Shown one piece after another: positions 57,544 to 64,000 of a stretch of DNA of 64,000 bases. The stretch covers positions 66,588,001 through 66,652,000 of the forward strand of contig NC_135812.1 of the NCBI RefSeq assembly GCF_964213995.1. The letters run 5' to 3'. The stretch's first letter is position 1; each line of letters starts with the position of its first letter. The position numbers were made by a program, and so were the translations under genes. The stretch is from Mustelus asterias. Lineage: Eukaryota. Below the pieces are notes generated by a model that was given only the letters and a program-made list of their open reading frames with translations, ran no database searches and was not told where the DNA came from.

Positions 57544-60500
57544 AGGTTATTAGTTTCCAGGTTTTCAGAAACAAAGGAAATTTGGAGAAAGGCTGAAACA
57601 AACAAAGAGGGGGGAGGAGGTGATCTGGACCTGGACATGTTCATGATTAAGCATGGTGGCAAGGTTGGGTGAGGTGGGAAGCCCTTATGGGAGAAATGTG
57701 ATTTGATGAATTTTGCTGCAGTACAGTTTTAATATATAACTACTGGGCCTCGGGCACATTCAGGGCAGTGCATTTAGCAGGGATGAGAAAAAACTGCAGG
57801 AAGTACATGGGACAATGTCACAGCCTTATCCATGGAACAATTTGGTTATGTAATTCTTGTTTGTCTGCTCAAATGTTATATTTATGTTTAAGTAAAAATC
57901 ACAACTGTTACCAATATGGGGTCAACTTCAAACAGTTCAACAGTCAACCATTTATAAACTACATGTGATAGTAGTATTTCAGAAAGTAATGTCAAACATG
58001 TTAACCAGGAATGCATTCATAAAGAACAACCTGAACATTATAGATAGACATTTAGCTGTTTTCTGTGAAATCAGAAATGCACGTGTTAACGTCAATTAAC
58101 AATCTAAACAAATTGAAGAAGAAATAAAGAAATTGGGAGGAGTATTTCTCTATATTCCAACAGGTTAGACCAGAAAGAAAACTTCTTAGAATAAAATCAA
58201 AAAATGAGTTGTAAAACACTTCAAGTTCTTTGCAAATAGAGACAGAGGAGTGTATTTTTATGGTGCTACTATACCAAACGTTTAACTCGCGTCATATACT
58301 TGTTCAGGTTCAGCATTACTGACCACTCTTGTAAGAAAGCATTCAACCATTTACAAGTGGAGGACACCAATACCTCGGTAGAAAATTGTGAGGAACAATG
58401 ATCATCCCAAAAAACTCTTGCAAAAATGCAGTATGTTCCAACATGTGATGCTTCCTTAATGGAAGGGGTGACTAGATTTGCACTCTTATCAAATTGAGCT
58501 GCAGGTTTTGGGTCAAAAACTTTATTGACATAAGATAAATATATAAGGAACAAACAGCATTAAATACCTATTTGTCCATGCTTCCTGATGCATAAAAATG
58601 ATATAAATATCATTCATTTTTTCTCTGGATATAGACTTCAAAAAGAATTCACTTACTGCAACAGCAATTTAACTTAGCATACCTACCTACCTTTGAAAAA
58701 ATACACAGATCTGCACCTGTTGGCTTCTAGACTAATGGCTCATGGCAGGCTGATCCCACTGGTATTATATAAGTAGAGGTTTCCTGCCTGCAAATCAACA
58801 AGAAATCCACCTGATCAGTGACACCTTTCACTCTGCAAAGGTTTCAGAAACAGATGTGAATCAAATTCACAGTTATTTGATCAGTCTCCAGATGCCATGA
58901 ATAACCAATGCAGCAATCCCAAAATAGACTGTACTCTCTGCCAAAGCAATGTAAAATTAATCAGCCATTCGCCAATACTGAACGGAGATAATATTGAACA
59001 ATAGGAGAATTGTTTGTTCTGGGCTGATTAAACATTTCCGACAACAAATGTATGGGGAGCAATTCTCCCCAAAAAATTGTAAGTGTTGAATTCACGTAAA
59101 AACTGGAGTAAATCACGCTGAATTTTTCATCAGGAGTTTCAAAATGAATCTCCCAATCTCCCACACACAGCGCACTGCAGAGAGCACTGGTGTGAATCAC
59201 GCTGAAAATCTGTGGGCCCGTTGGAGAGGCCGGTAGGAAAGCACTGAGCGGGCCACTGCGCATGAGCCGATCTGTCAGCGCCGAGATCGGCACATGTGTA
59301 AATGGCCCCTGTCTGCCGGCCTCCCAATTGCTGGCAAACCCCGCGACCCCCACATTGCTGGCCTTCCCGGCCCGATTTCTGGCCCCTTGGATGTGTCCGG
59401 GCCAGCCTCGTCCCGCCGCCCCCCTACCCAACACCCCCCCCCCCATAAAAACAGTGCAGCGGGATGGGAGAATCGCCCTCATTGTCTTTTATGCGTTTCT
59501 TTGCAGTTCTTTCCAGATAACCTACCTGTTCTGAGCTGATAGCTTTCCATTTAAAAGATGTTTGTATGAAATTGGTGTCAATCTCACCATGCTGTTTCTA
59601 GCAATACAGAATATAACTCCAATGTTGAATCTATTTAAAAAGTTTATTTCTCCCATATTCAGATGGAAAATTTTAATCTGCCATTGACATTTAAACATGG
59701 AACAAGGTCAGTCGTAAATCTTAACATCCAATGGTTGGTTCTAACTCCCCTTATCAGATTTTCCTAACTACTTCAGCTACTCCAAACCTGTTTGAGTCCC
59801 CATTTCTTTGGTTTAGGATCATACAGCTGTCACTACATGAGGCAATTCAGCTCAAGCAGTGTTCATTATGGTGTCACCTGGTTACTTTTAACTAGGCCTA
59901 CATTTTGAGTCCATTGAGCGCACGCACTGGGTGGACCAGAACTGAAAGCGAAATGCGTTTCCTGAATGCAATTTCACTCTCCTTGGCCAATGAACAGGCA
60001 GCCAACATGAAACGTGCACTGGGAAAGGCACAGCACTGCTGAGGGAGCAGGAAGAGGACAGGCACGGAGAAAAGAGAGTGCGCAGACTGCTACTTCTATT
60101 GGGATCCCTCAAGGTGGACAGTTGTATGGTTCTGTCACAGGGAGCTGCAAGCCTCTCAAAATTAAGTGATGAAAAGTACAGCAAACTGTGTCTATGCAGC
60201 ACAGTCAAACACCTGACAGCAATCTTCAGACCCCAGACATCTCATCCTCCGGATAGAGGTTGAAGCAAAAATATAAATGCCGCCTGGCCGATAAACTCAT
60301 CGACCATAAAAGTGGATGTGCCAAATAGAATTGATTTTATTTGACTCCTTAACGCGCTTAACTAGGTTTGTAATTGACGGCAGATGCACTTTCGATTGCT
60401 GAGTGGGCCCGCTGAACAAAATGTGGCACAAGTGGACGATGAGGTCAAGACGTGCGCCTAATCTCTATTGAAACAATTTCACATGCTGTTGTGTTGAATC

Positions 60501-63500
60501 TTGGGTGGTCGGGGGGGTGAGGGGATCTGATCAGGCCTTGGGGAATTGGGTGGATCGGGCCAATTGGTGTGGGGGTGGCTGGGTTGGCCTTTGAGGGGTG
60601 GGGGAGATCAGATCAGAACTTGGGGCATAGATGGGGGTTTAGGTCGGGTCTTGGTGTGTGGGTTGTGAGGTTGAATCTTGGGAGGGAGATGGGCAAATCG
60701 GGTCTTGAGAGGAGAGGAAGGTGGTCTGGCCGGGCCCTGTTGTGTGGAGGGCTCCAACTGCTCGGGCTGTGTCGTCTCATGGGGATGGAATGGGAGAGAC
60801 GTACAGGTGGGTGTCACCTGGGGGTTCAGGATATAAGGGGATTCCTGCGGGTGGGTGGAAAGTGGGGATTTGGTGCACATTTTGCAATAGTTAGAAGTGG
60901 TTCTAATTCTTCATACTAGTTCGAGATGAAACAATTGGAACCGTCCAAAGTTTGTGACTTAAATTGCAATTTTCGGATGATTCTAGTGCAAGGAAATTGA
61001 TTGTTGAAGTTTGCACTTTGCAGCCAATTGCCATGACCTGCGTACTTCGGGGGGAGGGGGGTTACTTAGTGCAGGCTTGGAATACGCCCTCAGATACCAC
61101 ACCCTGGAGCTCAGAAGATAGGGACTAATGTTTTACTTTAATAACATTGCAAAAGGAATAAGAACATTGAGGGAGAAAATGTCACCTGTGCATAATTTTT
61201 TCAACCTCATGATTCCTTCTGCCATCAGCTGCCTCAACCCTAATTCTCTTCCCTGCCTCTTTGATATCTGCCCACATCTCATGTCAGTTCATGGGTGTCT
61301 AATTTTGTTTGATAAGGCTCCTCATTAAAGGAGCTATATAAATATATTGTAATGTATTGACAACACAGATTTAGACTTACCGCCTTTGAGAATAAGACAA
61401 GTATTTATGGGTCATTACATTTCAACCTCTGTATTAATTTAAGAAGAAAAAAGCTGAGTGTTATGAACAGATGAATATATAATACTATGTGCCCCGATTA
61501 AATGTCATTAAAATTGACATCTGATATCTTGTGCACATCATTTCTGAATTAGTTGCTTGTCGTAAGGTATTGAATGACAACCGGGGTACAGTGAATAACG
61601 AGCTCCTTCCCTTATATTGAATAATCAGCATTTACAATCAAATTCAACTTTAAGATGATCGATTAAGGCTTGTTTTCACTTTACGCGAAATAGATTAGAT
61701 TCTGCTATATTATCATCTCTTACCTTGATGAATTCAGCCTTCAAAAGGTGCACAACGGCCACTGTTACAAAAGAAAAGAGACAGGTGAATCATCTGTCTA
61801 TCATTTCTGAAAGTGGAAAGTACTATTTAGAAATTATACAATATGGTGCACAAAGTCATTATATATTAAACGAGGTCCTCACAAATATAAACATTTCAAT
61901 ATTTTAAGCACCACAAGATGTCTAAATAAATACCTCAAAATCACAAATCTCATTCAGAGCGATACTCTAATATCATGAGTACCCTCATGAGCGTGAAGAA
62001 AGTTAATGACAAAGAGACAAGATGGTCGGACTCCAGAAACATTCGATGCTCTGTCTGACAACTTATATACACATTTTTTTCTGCCCACACAGCAGTTTCA
62101 TTCCCATTTGATATGTGAAAAGCCTGACCAGCAGATTTAGTTATTACATGAACTCTCGTGTTCTCACATCAGGATAAAATTAGAGAAGCAATGTCAGTAG
62201 TTTTGTGTGGAAATAATCCTGTCCTCATCAAATGTCTCCAGAACTGACCATGTCCAGCTCATGTGGCAATATTTTATCAAGTGCAAAATCTTGATGAGGT
62301 TGAAACTTTAAGACAAGTAGCTTTTCCTTGGCCATTACAAAGTGTAAATAAACTTAATTAAATTCATTCCCCCTAAAAACCTTGAGATATAGAAACTTAG
62401 TAATACCTTAATTATTACCATTGGTCTGAAGCAAGGTTTGACACTTTTTTTCAATTAAATGGTATTTAACTGTGGTTTATATTATTAATGAAAAAAAATC
62501 ATCCCCAACCCTAGGATTTCACATGGTTTATATGCCAAAATGAGAGTTGTGGCAGGTTTCCAATGAATTTTGAATCTTTTTTCATCAAATTGTATTGCAA
62601 GTCCTAATTAAATGGTAAAAACCGTTTTGGGAATGGAACTGATTTATTTGACGTTGAAGTTATATTGTCAAATTCAAGTATATGAATAGAATACCATGAA
62701 GATCAATTAACATGTAGACGCATTATTATCACATAGAGTACGGACAGTGCAGAATGCGGCGATACGGTCCATCGGGTCTGTGCCAACTCTTCGAAAGAGC
62801 ATCTTGCCCAGGCTCACCCGCCCACCACACCGCCCTAGACCTGTAACCGCATACATTTACCATGAAAATCCACCAAACCTATATATCTTTTCGACACGAA
62901 AGGGCAATTTCGCATGCCCAATCCACCTAACCTGCACATCTCTGCGGGAGGAAACCAGAGCACATGGGGAGAACGTACAAACTCCACACAGACAGTCACC
63001 AAGGCCAGAATTGAACCTGGGTCCCTGGCGCTGTGAGGCAACAGTGGTAATCACTGTGCCACCATCAACGTGTTATCATTTCCATTAATAAATGAATGGA
63101 TTACTTATGACTTACTGGCATTCCATAATTCCATAATTCATCCATGCCTTTTCTGTGAGTTAGTGTGTGAAGAGGCAAAGAGTCAAGTGGAGTGTACATA
63201 ATTTGGCATTTTCATTAGTGAAGCTATTTTAAAATGAGACAATGCCATAAAGACAATTATTAAACTAAAAATGAGTGATAAGGCATTGATTCTCCAACTA
63301 TCAATTTAAATTATGAAGAGAAATTGTATATTTTAACACAATTTCTAATAGTACAATGAGTTACTCATATAAAAGTATATTTGCGGAAGTTATGTGAAGT
63401 AGGAGCTTGAGATTGAAGAAACAGCTGAGGCGAGACATGCCTTACAATCAAATTCCTCATCATTATCTATGTAAAATTGGCATGTCTGGATGGGGTTGAG

Positions 63501-64000
63501 TGGGATGCCTCACATAGTCATGTATCCCTCCAAGTGTGGCATTAAACTACTTTTTGGGAACTAATTATTGGGCACTAGCCTGACAGTTGCACAGTTGGTA
63601 AACCCATCCTGTTGCCACAGGAAACCTTAACTTTGGGCCATTTAAATGTTAGTGCTGGAAGAGGGCAGGTAGTAAATATGACAACCTCTTGTAGTGGTGA
63701 GGAGTCTGAGCATTAAAGTAAGATTTCTTGGTTTTCCATTGGCAATCTTACAATGTTTGTTTTTAGTTTTCTGCAACTAAATCATCAAAATGCATGTGGA
63801 ATAATTTTGAATTGATGTGAAAATAGTAGCATGACAACAGTGGCAGTGATTCCTAATGTTGACATGGGCATTCTTGTTAACGTAAGATGCAAAGCAGTTT
63901 GTGTTGACAATTGAACTGTACATCTGGTATGATTCAATGCCTTTAAGAAAGCAGAGCATGGCAGAAATGCAATGTAAAGTTCTGGAAGAAAAATTTCCAA

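Larger units (their letters stand above)
51560..64000 (+). repeat. Younger segmental duplication, copy B (runs off the window end)
   Basis: Matches 33680-41196, plus two B-only blocks at 53213-54791 and 55577-58799. Confidence 0.97.

Overview
Vertebrate genomic DNA, very probably from a shark or ray, judged from tRNA-headed V-SINE/HE1-like SINEs, CR1 LINEs and palindromic Penelope-like repeats. It holds one complete sarcomeric myosin heavy chain gene of fast-skeletal type on the + strand. That gene has a MEF2/TATA promoter at ~10.2 kb, two probable non-coding exons, and 39 coding exons at 11546-33979 that sum to 5817 nt (1938 aa), with one GC-AG intron. Downstream the locus is a nested duplication. 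41.4-43.4 kb is an older paralog of the window start (1-2.1 kb). 51560-64000 is a younger copy of 33680-41200 that starts in the middle of MYH exon 40, behind a templated-insertion junction. Between them, a decayed gypsy element hosts an intact 4.8-kb single-ORF Ty3/gypsy retrotransposon. That element is the most unusual object here: it has no tRNA primer-binding site, the PBS position is instead a perfect 15-nt complement of its own LTR poly(A)-signal region (candidate self-priming), and its RT reads YLDN rather than YxDD. All alignments were done by eye and repeat family names come from recall, not from database searches.
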